From contig JANVYQ010000002.1 of the NCBI GenBank assembly GCA_030059675.1, forward strand, positions 64,001-128,000: 64,000 bases of DNA, read 5' to 3'. The DNA comes from Candidatus Pelearchaeum maunauluense (GTDB taxonomy: Archaea > Thermoproteota > Nitrososphaeria_A > Caldarchaeales > Caldarchaeaceae). Positions within the stretch are counted from its first letter, which is position 1; the number at the start of each line of letters is the position of its first letter. This document shows, piece by piece, positions 30,064 through 40,954 of the stretch. The notes beneath the pieces were generated by a model that worked only from the letters and a program-made list of their open reading frames with translations, was not told the origin of the DNA and searched no databases. The position numbers were made by a program, and so were the translations under genes.

Positions 30064-30783
30064 TCACTCGCCGCCGAAGGGTTCTGAGAAGACGCCGCAG
30101 GCAACGCCCCTAACCCATTGCGAGGTGTAGCCAGACTTGAAGCCGCGGAGGATTTCACACTCCGTCAGCTCGTCAAACCTTATCTCATACTCGTCTGGCG
30201 CCGTCATGGTTATCTTCGCCCACCTGCAGTAGCCTAATGCGTGGGCTTGCCGCTCATGTATCTTCAGGCATGTCTGCTTATCGCTGAAGAGTGAGGCATA
30301 GTACCGCGCGGCCTCACGGCCTGGCTGTGTTCCTATCAGAAATAGGAATGCTGGCGTCGCCTTATCGCCAAAAGTATTGTACAATCCTTTCAGCATGCCG
30401 CCTAGTGTCTTTTCTGTGAAGATGAGGATGCGCATGTTGAATGCATGGTACTCGTCATGGAAAGGCTCGACGGCAACACCTGGTATGTCGGAGCTGACAG
30501 CCCTTACGCTGATGACGTGCTTAACCTGCTTAAGCTGTTGCACGGCCTCGTTAAGCTTGGTGTCGTCCTGGCCTGTTGAATCTATGAGGACGCTCATCGT
30601 ATATACGGGGTCTTTCTCCAGCGCGGCGTTGGTCATCAACGACATTACGTCAAGGTCAAGCTCGGAGAGTTTCCTCAGTATAGTCTTCCGCGCCTCTGGA
30701 ATGTTCTTCATCTCAATCCCAATTACGGTGATTCTGCGGTGAGGTAGGAGGAGTGAGAGCGGTAAATTCATGACTCTAATCAT
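30064..30783 (-). CDS. ACT + V4R domain regulator (3' end possibly frameshifted)
   Basis: ACT-like N-terminus; LTECE...SQWVRGVACG. Confidence 0.6.
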   Translation of the reverse strand: MIRVMNLPLSLLLPHRRITVIGIEMKNIPEARKTILRKLSELDLDVMSLMTNAALEKDPVYTMSVLIDSTGQDDTKLNEAVQQLKQVKHVISVRAVSSDIPGVAVEPFHDEYHAFNMRILIFTEKTLGGMLKGLYNTFGDKATPAFLFLIGTQPGREAARYYASLFSDKQTCLKIHERQAHALGYCRWAKITMTAPDEYEIRFDELTECEILRGFKSGYTSQWVRGVACGVFSEPFGGE

Positions 30784-30923
30784 ACTTCAACGCCTCTTCC
30801 CTTTTGATATTGCATAAACAATGTAAAACTCGGCTATTAGATGTATTGTCCGGGGAAGCTTCTCGTGTATAAGCTTGTTTCCTGACGATTAGCAAACTAT
30901 TAACCTTCGGTTAGCCTATAATT

Positions 30924-32042
30924 TCAACGCCTCTCCACTTTTATCCGATTTATCTCAACTTGCGTAAGCTGGCGTATTCTGCTAAACTCCCGCTTCTCTT
31001 CAGGGGTTATTATCGTGTAGCTCCTACCAGCCTTCCCAGCTCTGGCCGTCCTGCCTACACGGTGGAAATATAGCAACGGGTTCTTGGGAGGCTCGTAGTT
31101 TATGACGCAATCCACGCTGGGTATGTCAAGACCCCTACCAGCCACGTCTGTTGCCACGAGTATCCTAGCCCTCCCATCCCTAAACCTGCTCATCGCGCGA
31201 AGCCTCTCGCGCTGAGACAAATCGCCATGTATCGCTACGGCATCCATCTTGAGGCGCCTAAGCTTCTCCGAGAGTCTGCGGACACCAACCTTAGTATTGC
31301 AGAACACCATGCAGCGGGCACCGCGCTCAAGCTCCAAAACGCCTAGAAGGGTCTTCAGCCTATCACCCCCAGAATGGACAAGATAATACTGCCTCAGCTT
31401 CTCTACTGAGGGCTCGCTCCAATCTAGGAGAATTTTCTCAGGGCTACGCATATACTTCCGAGACAGAGTGATTATGTTCTGCGGTATTGTGGCGGAGAAT
31501 ATTGCAACCTGCTTCCGCTCAGGTGTATGTTTTAGTATGTATTCCACGTCATCTATGAAGCCCATCTCCAGCATGGTGTCGGCCTCGTCTATTACGACCA
31601 TGCTCACACGGCTGAGCGTTAGGGTCCTCCTCTTTATGTGGTCTATAACCCTGCCAGGAGTTCCGACAACCACATGCACACCGCGTTTAAGGCGGTCTAT
31701 CTGCTGCTTTATCGGCTGGCCACCATAGAGCGTAGCAGCACGCACACGCATATACTTGCCCAGCCGTCTTATCTCCTCGGTTATCTGTATAGCCAGCTCG
31801 CGCGTCGGCGCCAACACGAGAGCCTGAACACTACCATCCTCAACGTCTAGCCTCTGGAGCATGGGGAGAGCATATGCGGCTGTCTTCCCAGTCCCAGTCT
31901 TCGCCTGCCCTATCACATCCCTACCATCCAGAAGCGGGGCTATCGCTCTACGCTGTATCGGGAAAGGCTCGGCGAAGCCAGCGTCGGCACACGCCCTCAC
32001 AAGCCTACCATCAAGCCCGAAGTTCGCAAAACCATCAAACAT
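30924..32042 (-). CDS. DEAD-box RNA helicase
   Basis: AKTGTGKT, PTRELA, DEAD, SAT, HRVGRTARAG. Confidence 0.95.
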   Translation of the reverse strand: MFDGFANFGLDGRLVRACADAGFAEPFPIQRRAIAPLLDGRDVIGQAKTGTGKTAAYALPMLQRLDVEDGSVQALVLAPTRELAIQITEEIRRLGKYMRVRAATLYGGQPIKQQIDRLKRGVHVVVGTPGRVIDHIKRRTLTLSRVSMVVIDEADTMLEMGFIDDVEYILKHTPERKQVAIFSATIPQNIITLSRKYMRSPEKILLDWSEPSVEKLRQYYLVHSGGDRLKTLLGVLELERGARCMVFCNTKVGVRRLSEKLRRLKMDAVAIHGDLSQRERLRAMSRFRDGRARILVATDVAGRGLDIPSVDCVINYEPPKNPLLYFHRVGRTARAGKAGRSYTIITPEEKREFSRIRQLTQVEINRIKVERR

Positions 32043-32218
32043 CCTACACTACTACTCCATTACCTCTGCAAGAAAGTGCAACACGACACTAGTCGCGCCA
32101 GCACCGTTGCAGACAAGACTAGCGGGTATGCGCATTATATAACTGTATGCCGCGATTGTTGAGAAAACTCGGTAATGCTACGCTTATTAGACTCTATCAC
32201 CAGCTCTAAAGTAGCCGT

Positions 32219-33205
32219 ATGAAACGCAGTATCTCTCAAATGCTGGTGCTGGCTGGGCTGCTCTTCATGGTGATCATAGCGTATGCTTCTCAGCCAGCCC
32301 AGGCACAGGAGCCAGAGGAGCTGACCACATACATCGTGCAGCTCGCCGATGACGGCTCAGCAAGGTGGATTGTAGAATACCGCTTCCTGATAGCGTCTGA
32401 GGAGGATGAGCAGGGCTTTATGGAATACGTCAAGACGCTTGGGCAGGACGACGAGGAGATACGCTCCCGCTTCCTAGAGTGGGCTACGGAAATCGTATCC
32501 GAGGCCGCGAAGCTGACGGGCAGGGAAATGAGCGTGGAGAACCTAAGCGTGAAGGTGGAACTAGCGGAGACCATCACGGGGAAATTCGGCGTAATTCGTA
32601 TAACATTCCTGTGGAAGGGCTTTGCAGAGTGGGTGGATAGGGAGCTTAGGGTTGGCGACGTCTTTGAAGGCGGCCTCTACCTCTTTGAGGGAGATGTATT
32701 CACGGTAAGAGCGCCCAGCGGCTTCACGCTGGCTGAAGCATATCCAGAGCCCGATAAGCTCAGCGGCAGCGAGGCCAGCTGGTCTGGAAAGAGGGTCTTC
32801 TCGCCTAACGAGCCTAGAGTCATAGCTACACCAATCATCGGCGAGCCTACCACAACCACGCAGACAACAACGGCGGGAGAAACCCAGCCCCAGGCTGCTC
32901 CGATGATAACAGACACTAGCCTCCTCACAATACTCGCCGTCTTGGCGATAGTGGTGCTATTCGGGGTCCTAGCAATAGCGGTAAGCAAGAGGCACGGCAG
33001 GCTATAGCAGCGGTCAACAGACCTGATGACGGTTATAGAGATAATCAAACGGCATGGGGGAGAGGTTTTGCAGTCAACGATAGTTGCGGAGACGGGATTC
33101 TCAAAGGCCAAGGTGAGCACCATCCTGAAGGAGATGGAGGAGATGGGCTACATAGTGCGCGAGCGCATGGGGCGGGAGAATATAGTACGCCTTCTACGGG
33201 AATAA
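32219..33205 (+). CDS. Membrane-anchored protein with C-terminal winged HTH, interrupted by in-frame TAG (33005-33007)
   Basis: After the stop the frame continues GGEVLQSTIVAETGFSKAKVSTILKEMEEMGYIVRERMGRENIVRL. Confidence 0.65.
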
Positions 33206-33269
33206 ACCGAAATGAACCTTTAGAAACTTATGAGAACATTTTTCTGGATTTTCCGTTCTAGAAACCTAT

Positions 33270-34775
33270 TTGAGAACCGCTCCGCCAGCTCTACTAGGCA
33301 TGTATCGGAATGTCGCCGCGTTATTGTTTGTTGCCGCGTTGTTGCTTACTCCCGTAGGGGCTGCGGTTAAGCCAGCCCAGGGAGACGCGCAAGACGAGCT
33401 GGAGCGCCTGCCGCTGGGCATGGAGATACCAACACGCCTTAAAGAACTGATACAGGAACATAGGGGCAGGATAGAGGGCTTCATCATGGAAGTAAGGCTT
33501 CTACAGCTTGACACCCAGGAGAAGCGTTTAGCGTTGTTGGAGGAGTTTCATGACAAGCTTTGGCAGAGGCTTGAGGAGATAGCGCAGGAGCGTGAAGAGC
33601 TGCTTAGGCAGCTCCGCGAGGGGGAGATAACGCCCAGGGACTTCGCGGCGCGTATGAGGCTGCTCCACGCATCCTTAGCTGCGCTGGGCGAGGAGGGGCG
33701 AAGGCTGGGTGAGAGGCTTGGAAAGCTGGGCCGCGAGCTTGCTGGAGAGCTGAGAGACAGGGCTGAACGGCTGGTGGAGTCCAACAAGCTCTTCGCCGAG
33801 GAGATGCGCGAATTCGGGAGGCGTGTAGCAGAAGAAGCGTCGCAGAGAGCCCTGGAACTTAGGATGAACCTCACACGCGAATGTGAGGCGGCCAAAAACC
33901 TCAAGGAGAGACTAGCCAACCTGCTGTCCAGGCTCAGAGACATGCGTCAGCAGCTAGATGATCGGATACAGATGCTTGAGCGCCGTCTGTCCACGCTTAA
34001 CGTTAATGCAAGTCGGCTTGCTGATACGGTGGAGCGGCTTAGGGATGAGCTGGCGCAGCTGAGGCAGGAGAGGCAGAGCTTGGAGGAGAGGTTGGCTGAG
34101 CTTGGCAGGAGTAGGGCTGCCCTGGAGTCTGAGATAAACTCTCTCAGGGAGCAGCTTGCTTCGCTTCGCGAAACGCTGAGCCAGAGGCAGCGGGAGCTGA
34201 GCGGCCTAGAGAATGAGCTGGCCAGCGTGGAGTCTGAGCTTGAAGCACTCAACCAGGAGAGGCGCGGCTTAGAGGATGAGAGGGCAAGCCTCCAGGAGGA
34301 GATGGCATCCCTACCACCGCAGGCTAAGAAGAGGCTTGAGGAGATTCAGGCCAGGCTGAGCCAGATTAGCGAGAGGCTGGCGCAGATTGAGAGGATGGTA
34401 AGCGAGCTCACCAACAGGCGCGCAGATATATCAGAGCAGATAAACCAGGCGCGCCGGAACATAGCGCAGGCCCAGCAGAGGATAGCCGAGATAGAGGCTG
34501 CACTTAACGAGAAGACAAAAGCCATGGAGGCGTTGGTCAGCGAGGAGAGGGAGCTAAGCGATAGGATGCGCTCCATCGCTGGGAAGATTAGCCAGGTCGA
34601 GAGAGGGCTGGAGAGAGATGAGAGAGCAGTAAGCTTCTTCAAGAAGCATATCGCCACTATTGAGAGCGCGCTTAGCAGAGCTATGCAAGAGGCGGGCCGT
34701 ATTGAGGAGCTGATGTCGCAGCCTCAGGAGCAGATTAGCCGCGCCGAGCAGAGGATTGAGGAGCTGTGCAGCTAG
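33270..34775 (+). CDS. Secreted long coiled-coil protein
   Basis: Signal-like N-terminus; extended E/L/R heptads. Confidence 0.7.
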   Translation: MRTAPPALLGMYRNVAALLFVAALLLTPVGAAVKPAQGDAQDELERLPLGMEIPTRLKELIQEHRGRIEGFIMEVRLLQLDTQEKRLALLEEFHDKLWQRLEEIAQEREELLRQLREGEITPRDFAARMRLLHASLAALGEEGRRLGERLGKLGRELAGELRDRAERLVESNKLFAEEMREFGRRVAEEASQRALELRMNLTRECEAAKNLKERLANLLSRLRDMRQQLDDRIQMLERRLSTLNVNASRLADTVERLRDELAQLRQERQSLEERLAELGRSRAALESEINSLREQLASLRETLSQRQRELSGLENELASVESELEALNQERRGLEDERASLQEEMASLPPQAKKRLEEIQARLSQISERLAQIERMVSELTNRRADISEQINQARRNIAQAQQRIAEIEAALNEKTKAMEALVSEERELSDRMRSIAGKISQVERGLERDERAVSFFKKHIATIESALSRAMQEAGRIEELMSQPQEQISRAEQRIEELCS

Positions 34776-35882
34776 ATGAGGGGCTGGAACTTCGGCGAAA
34801 AGCCGCTCCTAGTATTCTGGGAGACCACTAAAGCATGCCTACTCGCGTGCAGGCACTGCCGCGCCGAGGCCATAACGAGGCCGCTGCCCAACGAGCTCAA
34901 CGACGAGGAGTCGTTCAGACTGGTGGAGCAGGTGCACGTGTTCGGAAAAACATACCCAATACTCATATTCACTGGCGGAGACATGCTGATGAAGAGAAAC
35001 ATCTACGACCTAGCGGGGTATGCGCATGAGCTCGGCATCCCCACCGCGGCAGCCCCAAGCGTAACCGGGCTGCTCACGCGCGAGGCTTTGCTGGAGCTTA
35101 AGCGGCGTGGTGTTTCTATGGTTTCCTTCAGCTTGGACGGGGTGAGGGAGACGCATGACCGCATAAGGGGCGTGGCGGGGACGTGGGACGCTACGATGAT
35201 GGCGATAAGAACGGCGGCCGAGACAGGGATGGCGGTTCAGGTTAACACATGCGTTATGCGGCTCAACGTTAACGAGCTTCCCGATGTTTTCGCAGCGATA
35301 AAGAGGGCTGGGGCAAGCGTCTGGGAGGTCTTCTACCTCATCAAGGTCGGGAAGGGCGTCGGTATGGAGGAGCTTAGCAGCGTAGAATGCGAGGAGGTGG
35401 CGAACTTCCTATACGATGCTGCCATGTATGGGCTTAGGGTAAGGACTGTGGAAGCACCGTTCTTCAGGCGCGTGGTGAAGCAGAGGGGTGATGGAGCCAG
35501 CCCGCCCAACACGGGGCTGTATAGCATGCTCGTAAACAGGCTAAGACAGCTATGCGGAGAGCCAGAACGCGAGCCCGACGCCCCCATAACACCAACACGC
35601 GACGGGCATGGGATACTCTTCATAGGCCACGACGGCTCAATAACCCCTGGAGGATTCCTCCCAATACCGCGCGGAAACACGCGCACAACAACGCTAATGA
35701 AGACATACCGCGAGGACACGCTCTTCCAGCTCCTGAAGAATCCCGACAACTTCAAGGGAAGATGCGGCGTCTGCGAGTTTAGAGAGCTCTGCGGCGGCTC
35801 GCGGGCGCGTGCCTACGTAAAGTATCAAGACCCGTTGGAGGAGGATCCAGCCTGCCCGTACAAGCCAGCGGCAGGCGGGTAA
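34776..35882 (+). CDS. Radical SAM/SPASM protein (NirJ/Ahb-like)
   Basis: CLLACRHC; CGVCEFRELCGGSRARAY. Confidence 0.85.
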   Translation: MRGWNFGEKPLLVFWETTKACLLACRHCRAEAITRPLPNELNDEESFRLVEQVHVFGKTYPILIFTGGDMLMKRNIYDLAGYAHELGIPTAAAPSVTGLLTREALLELKRRGVSMVSFSLDGVRETHDRIRGVAGTWDATMMAIRTAAETGMAVQVNTCVMRLNVNELPDVFAAIKRAGASVWEVFYLIKVGKGVGMEELSSVECEEVANFLYDAAMYGLRVRTVEAPFFRRVVKQRGDGASPPNTGLYSMLVNRLRQLCGEPEREPDAPITPTRDGHGILFIGHDGSITPGGFLPIPRGNTRTTTLMKTYREDTLFQLLKNPDNFKGRCGVCEFRELCGGSRARAYVKYQDPLEEDPACPYKPAAGG

Positions 35883-35916
35883 AATTAATTTCCACACGCT
35901 TCACGCTATAATTCCC

Positions 35917-36240
35917 ATGGCGGAGCTTGTGATAGTTCTGGCAACATTCCCAGCGGAATATGACTGCGCAGCCCTAGCGCGCCGCCTGGTGGAGAAAGGG
36001 CTGGCCGCCTCGGTCAACATGATGAGAATAAGCTCCACATACCACTGGCGCGGCGAGGTTGTGGAGAGCGGCGAGACGCTTATGATTCTCAAGACAGAGC
36101 GCGGAGCCTATGAGAGGCTCAAGCAGGAGATTATACGCGAGCATCCATACGAGGTGCCGTTCATAGCGGCGCTCCAGCCGTTGGACGCGCATACACCATA
36201 CCTAGAGTGGGTATTTGAATCAACGACCAGGCGTCTATAG
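35917..36240 (+). CDS. cutA: Divalent-cation tolerance protein
   Basis: SSTYHWRGEV...HPYEVP. Confidence 0.85.
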   Translation: MAELVIVLATFPAEYDCAALARRLVEKGLAASVNMMRISSTYHWRGEVVESGETLMILKTERGAYERLKQEIIREHPYEVPFIAALQPLDAHTPYLEWVFESTTRRL

Positions 36241-36648
36241 GTTATATGCCACAGCTTTTTTGGGTGTGAGCTTGATTATCACGGACTCGCCCTCCTCCAG
36301 GGGGGCGTAGCGCTCATACTGGCGGTACTTCCTATACAGCAGCTTACGCGCATACCTGAAGCCATCACCGCCATCAAGAAGCTCCGCATCGCATACCAGC
36401 ATAAGATGCTTGAGGCGGCTCCAGTTCTCGTAATAAGCGTCAACCAGCAGCGTCGCCCTAGGATTGGCTCTTAGGTTCTTAACCTTCTTGGAGTCGGCGC
36501 CTGTTCCCACGTATATCGCCTTACCATCATAGGCGTAGCAGATGGGGACTAGGTGTACCGAGCCGTCTTCCGCTATCGTTCCAAGCCGCGCAACACGCTG
36601 CCCGCGGAGAAAACGCGCATATGAGCGTTTCAGCTCCATACAACACAC
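36235..36648 (-). CDS. Pyridoxamine 5'-phosphate oxidase-like (split-barrel flavin/F420) protein
   Basis: ARLGTIAEDGSVHLVPI...SKKVKNLRANPRATLLVD. Confidence 0.8.
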   Translation of the reverse strand: MCCMELKRSYARFLRGQRVARLGTIAEDGSVHLVPICYAYDGKAIYVGTGADSKKVKNLRANPRATLLVDAYYENWSRLKHLMLVCDAELLDGGDGFRYARKLLYRKYRQYERYAPLEEGESVIIKLTPKKAVAYNL

Positions 36649-36653
36649 CCCAA

Positions 36654-36710
36654 GGTCAGAGTGAGCTGGTTCTCTTCACCCAAATCCGAATGAGACAGAC
36701 TCATCATTCC
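36654..36710 (-). ncRNA. Box C/D sRNA
   Basis: C ATGATGA, D' CGGA, C' GTGAAGA, D CTGA; 12-13-nt guides. Confidence 0.8.
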
Positions 36711-36830
36711 AGAGAACAAACAACCACAAGGCAGTAAATTAACGTTAATGCTGAAGCCCCGCGCAGGCCCTTAAACCATAAAACGGGTGTTCAGCTCTGG
36801 AATAGCCTTGTTATCGTTTTCTTCGCTCCC

Positions 36831-38308
36831 CTATATGCTGCCATGCTTATAGCCGCTCCTATGGCGGTTGTTATTAGTGTGGCTGCTTGTATTGGGAGCC
36901 ATTCTGGCTTTAGGGCTGCGTATACGTATAGCGGCGTCGCGGTTGCTGCAAGAGCCGGCCGCGGCTGTTATCATGGTTAGGAACATTCCGAGGGGTCTTA
37001 TGAAGCGCGCCCGCGGCGTTGTTGTGAAGTCTGGAAAACGGGAGCTGAAGTAGGTTCCTATCATCACGGTCTCAACCAGCGCTGTATAGCCTGCCACCAC
37101 CAGAGCCAGCGCAGAACCCCAGCTGGACACGACGGCTGGGATGGTTGCCGCCAGGATGAGCGCCATCGCTGGGGACGCAACTATAATCGTGGTGGCGGCC
37201 TTAGCTCTCACAATCTCACCTGGCCTTAGGGGGCTATGAGGAGGTTTAGGAACGACTCGCCCTCGCGGCCTATGGATGTTGCGGAGAGAAGTAATGCGAA
37301 GAGGAGCAGCCCCACGGTAGGCTGGAGGTAGAGAGCTAGCCTAGCCCTAGACGCTGTGAGGAACGGGATTATCGCCACCGCCGCTGGCACGGCTATAAAC
37401 GCGGCCATCTCACGCCGCCGAAGAAACGACTTAAGCTCCTTCCTGATTATAGCCGAATCACCTGGCGTGAAGCCCAGCTTCGTGAATATACTCGGCTTAG
37501 GCGTGTAGGATTTGCTTGTTATCCTTATCTCAGTCTCATGCACAGCCCAGTATCGTGTCCTAAGAGCCGTGCCGATGAGGAATCCTGAGAAGGCAAAGAG
37601 CGCTCCCAGGAATGTGAAGAGCATGCCACCAGCCAGGTCGGCCTCAAAATACCTTTCTATAGCTATTGAGAGCCATACAGGCGGTATGAACCAAACCAGG
37701 CCAACTATATCCATAATCCATTCAAGAGAGCTTATGAGGACTTGGAAGTTGAACATAACGACGAAGATGAAGATTACCATCGTGTTGAATAGCGTGGCCA
37801 GCGGTAGCGCGAGCCTCCCTTTCCGCCTGTAGATTCGCCTCGCCGCCCTAGAGGTTATGGAGAGTATTATCTCCACGATGAAGCTTCCCGCAGCCAGCGC
37901 TATTCCGAGGGCTGCGCCGAGAATTATGGAGAGGAGAGGCAGCACCGAGTAGGCAGAGGAGAGGGAGGACGCCACCACATACTCGGCTGGCGTTATGGGA
38001 AGCCAGTTAACGGCGTCGACCGAGGGTGTGTTGATGCTGCGGTTAATCTCAAACATTATCGTATAGACTACTGAGAGGAACATCAGAAGGAGCGGGAGCG
38101 CTACCAAGAGCTGGTATAAGGATTGCTGCGGCGGAGACTGGGAGGTTGCGCCTTATGTGGCTAGGGAGGAGCCTATGAAGAGGGTTATTGATAGCCTTAG
38201 GTTTAGACGCAGCCCCCTACCCAGTAGGCGCCTTACAAGGCTCTGGGACGAGGATGCTCTCAAAGAGGATAGTGCGAGAATCTGCGCAAGCCTCATCACA
38301 AGCCTTAT
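36831..38308 (-). pseudogene. ABC-2-type permease, fragmented
   Basis: Multi-TM ORF pieces; IIRKELKSFLR; directly downstream of the ABC ATPase. Confidence 0.6.
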
Positions 38309-38315
38309 GTTCAGC

Positions 38316-39081
38316 CTACCTCACCAACGCCTCTACAAGCTCCCTAACATCCTCCGAGCCTGTGAGCTTCAGGAAAACATCCTCCAACGTGCTGTTAGGA
38401 CTTTCGGAGAGCAGCTTAAGCTCCCCTGGGCTTCCCTCAGCTATTTTCACCCCCTCATACAGTATGGCTATCCTATCGCATATGGCTTCAGCTATCTCCA
38501 AGACATGCGTGCTTATGATTGTGGTTGTACCGTCTAGGGCTAGCTTGTGGAGCATCTCCTTAACTAGACGCGCTGATTTGGGGTCTAAGCCGCTCAGCGG
38601 CTCATCAAGTATTAGGACACGCGGCCTATGGAGAAAAGCAGCCATCAAGGCTATCTTCTGCTTCATCCCACGCGAGTAGCCTGCGAGTAGCTCACCCTCG
38701 CGGCCGCTTAACCCGAAGGCCTCAAGAAACTCAGCAACCCTAGAACGCCAAACAGAGGGGAGACACCATAGGCCTCTCTGATGAAGTCCAGATACTCGGC
38801 TGCCGTAAGGTATTCGTAAAGCCTGGGCGTCTCTGGACGTAGCCTACTATGCGCTTAACCCCGACAGGGTTCTGCGATGGGTCTATCCCATGAACCGAGA
38901 CCATGCCGCTATCTGGCTTAAGAAGCCCCAACATCATGCGCATCGTCGTAGACTTAACAGAGCCGTTAGGCCCTAGGAGGCCGAAGATAGACCCTCCCTG
39001 GATGGTGAGTGAAAGTCCCCTTACTGCCCACACCTCGTCAAACCTCTTGGAGACGTTCTCCAGGATTACGGCGTTGGTCAT
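38316..39081 (-). pseudogene. ABC transporter ATP-binding protein, frameshifted
   Basis: GPNGSVKST; LILDEPLSGLDP; ISTH. Confidence 0.75.
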
Positions 39082-39122
39082 CTATTTGGTCTGCCTCTAG
39101 CTGCTAAGCGCGGCTTATGAAT

Positions 39123-40307
39123 CTAAACATTCTCAGCTTTGGTCTGGGCTTCAGGCTCTTCGCGCCTCTTCCCAGCTGCTGCGCGTCGCGCCTGCCTGCG
39201 GTAATACTGCATCGGGCTCTTAACATCGCCGCAGAGGCGGCCATTCTCTATACAGAGCCCATGAGTCTGCAACGTGGCGCAGCGCGGGACGGTGTATTTG
39301 GTCCTACTCCCGCGCTGGCCTGCTATATGCTCCACCTGATAACGGGCTATCCGCTCATCAAAATCACCGCGCTGGGAGTACATCTGGATAATCTCGTCTG
39401 TCGTCCATCCTATGTTGATTAGGAACGCAGCTATTGTGAAGTTTCCGAAGTGTGATACCGCCTCGCCAGCGAGTAGGCGTTGCTTGAGCGCCTGCATGCA
39501 TGGCGGCCATAGCTCTGGCGCTAGCCTCTCACCCAGCTTAACCTCGCGCCACCTACGGGTCTCAAGCAGCTGCTTAAGACGCTGGACATGCTCCTTCAGG
39601 AAGTCTGGGACGCCTAACCTACCGACAGCGCGAAGCCTCTCCTCTATATGCGTCTCAAGAGCGTTCTTGATGAGCGTTGCCATCTCTGGGCGTGTTAGGA
39701 GAACATAGCCGCGCTTGAGTGTTCTATTGACAAGCTTCCAGCGCGGCTCGTTGAGGCGCGTGGCGTGCTTTAGATAATCGGCAAAATGCATCTCAAACTC
39801 ATACGGCGGTTGGGCTAGCTTCACACGCATGCCGAGAACCTGCGTAGCCACGTAGTGGAGGATATCCCTGACGCTGCTCCTATCTATCTTCTCAAGTATC
39901 TTAGCGTATCGCTCAGCCTCCGATGCGGCGAAGCGCCTAATGGCGTAGTCATCCTCAAGCATGGCGACCAGCGCTATTGAGAGGGGGTAGGAGAATATCT
40001 CAACCTCAGAGGGAGAGGTGCTGCTCTCCTCCGCAGCCCTAATCCCATGAGCCAGAGAATCCTCAACCCTCTTAACAGCAACATCCACCAACGACCTCAT
40101 AGAAGGGTCGGCGAAATCCTCCAGCTTAATCCCGAAAGAACCCACATACTCGCGTATCTGCTGCAAGAAGGGGAACTCCATCATCAGCCGCTCTATGAAG
40201 TATGGGTCGCTGACCGTCAAGGACCCTTGCCGCCATATATGTTGTGCCCGCCAGCTATATAAAGCGCTCCTACAATAACCAAGCAGAAAATATACAATTT
40301 TTGACAA
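39123..40307 (-). CDS. priL: DNA primase large subunit (true start probably near 40214)
   Basis: WKLVNR; WPPCM; YQVEHIAG; PRCATLQTHGLC. Confidence 0.9.
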   Translation of the reverse strand: MSKIVYFLLGYCRSALYSWRAQHIWRQGSLTVSDPYFIERLMMEFPFLQQIREYVGSFGIKLEDFADPSMRSLVDVAVKRVEDSLAHGIRAAEESSTSPSEVEIFSYPLSIALVAMLEDDYAIRRFAASEAERYAKILEKIDRSSVRDILHYVATQVLGMRVKLAQPPYEFEMHFADYLKHATRLNEPRWKLVNRTLKRGYVLLTRPEMATLIKNALETHIEERLRAVGRLGVPDFLKEHVQRLKQLLETRRWREVKLGERLAPELWPPCMQALKQRLLAGEAVSHFGNFTIAAFLINIGWTTDEIIQMYSQRGDFDERIARYQVEHIAGQRGSRTKYTVPRCATLQTHGLCIENGRLCGDVKSPMQYYRRQARRAAAGKRREEPEAQTKAENV

Positions 40308-40381
40308 TTAGAGGTCTGAGAAAATAGTGTAAGATTGATGATGAGACAAAACCATACACCGTGGAGGGAAAGGGAGGTTCA

Positions 40382-40954
40382 TCAAATATCTGGCTTCTTT
40401 CCACCCTGTTTTGCTATGCTCTCCATAATCTCCCGCGTGGTGGGGTTTCTAGATGCGTCGCGCATGAAGCGCTCAAGCTTTATGTTCTGTTCTTTCTGGA
40501 GCCTTGAGGCTTCCAGAGCCATCTCAAGCCTATCTAGAGCGTGGAGCAGCCGCGCCTCGCGGCTCCTGCCCTCGACATACTCCCTGTAAAGCTCCAGGTA
40601 TCTCCGCCTAACCCCATCGGGCAGCCCTGAGGTCAGTTCCCTCAATATGCCGCCCTCTATATTGTTGAGCATCTCCTTCCTCACTTTGTTTTTCTCGCGC
40701 GGCGTTAGGTCGTCTGTGAATGCTTCAGGCAGGTCGTGGAGTAGCGCCATGCGCATAGCTTTCTCCGCGTCCATGCCCAGGAGGTCTGCCGCCACCATGC
40801 TGAGCAGAGCTAGGGAATAGCCGTGGTCTGCGACCGACTCTGGGTTCTTAACACCAGCCTCAACCCAGCCGCTGCGCTTCACGCGCTTAAGCCCAAGCCC
40901 AGCCTCAAGCAGCTGTATGGCGCCGGAGAGCTTAGCTGAGCCTCGCCTTGCCAT
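40382..40954 (-). CDS. HD-domain 5'-deoxynucleotidase-like hydrolase
   Basis: KRSGW...ESVADH...LLHDLPEA. Confidence 0.85.
   Translation of the reverse strand: MARRGSAKLSGAIQLLEAGLGLKRVKRSGWVEAGVKNPESVADHGYSLALLSMVAADLLGMDAEKAMRMALLHDLPEAFTDDLTPREKNKVRKEMLNNIEGGILRELTSGLPDGVRRRYLELYREYVEGRSREARLLHALDRLEMALEASRLQKEQNIKLERFMRDASRNPTTREIMESIAKQGGKKPDI

Noticed and set aside
33270-34775. SMC/Rad50 assignment for the coiled-coil protein
   Set aside because: No Walker motifs or hinge/hook; it has a signal-like N-terminus.
25904-39081. Further BHB introns explaining frameshifts in the AhpD-like and ABC genes (also GrpB and PaREP1)
   Set aside because: These look like small indels without inserted hairpins; likely decay or assembly error.
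40336-40393. Possible C/D sRNA starting ATGATGA
   Set aside because: D, D' and C' boxes are too degenerate to support a call.
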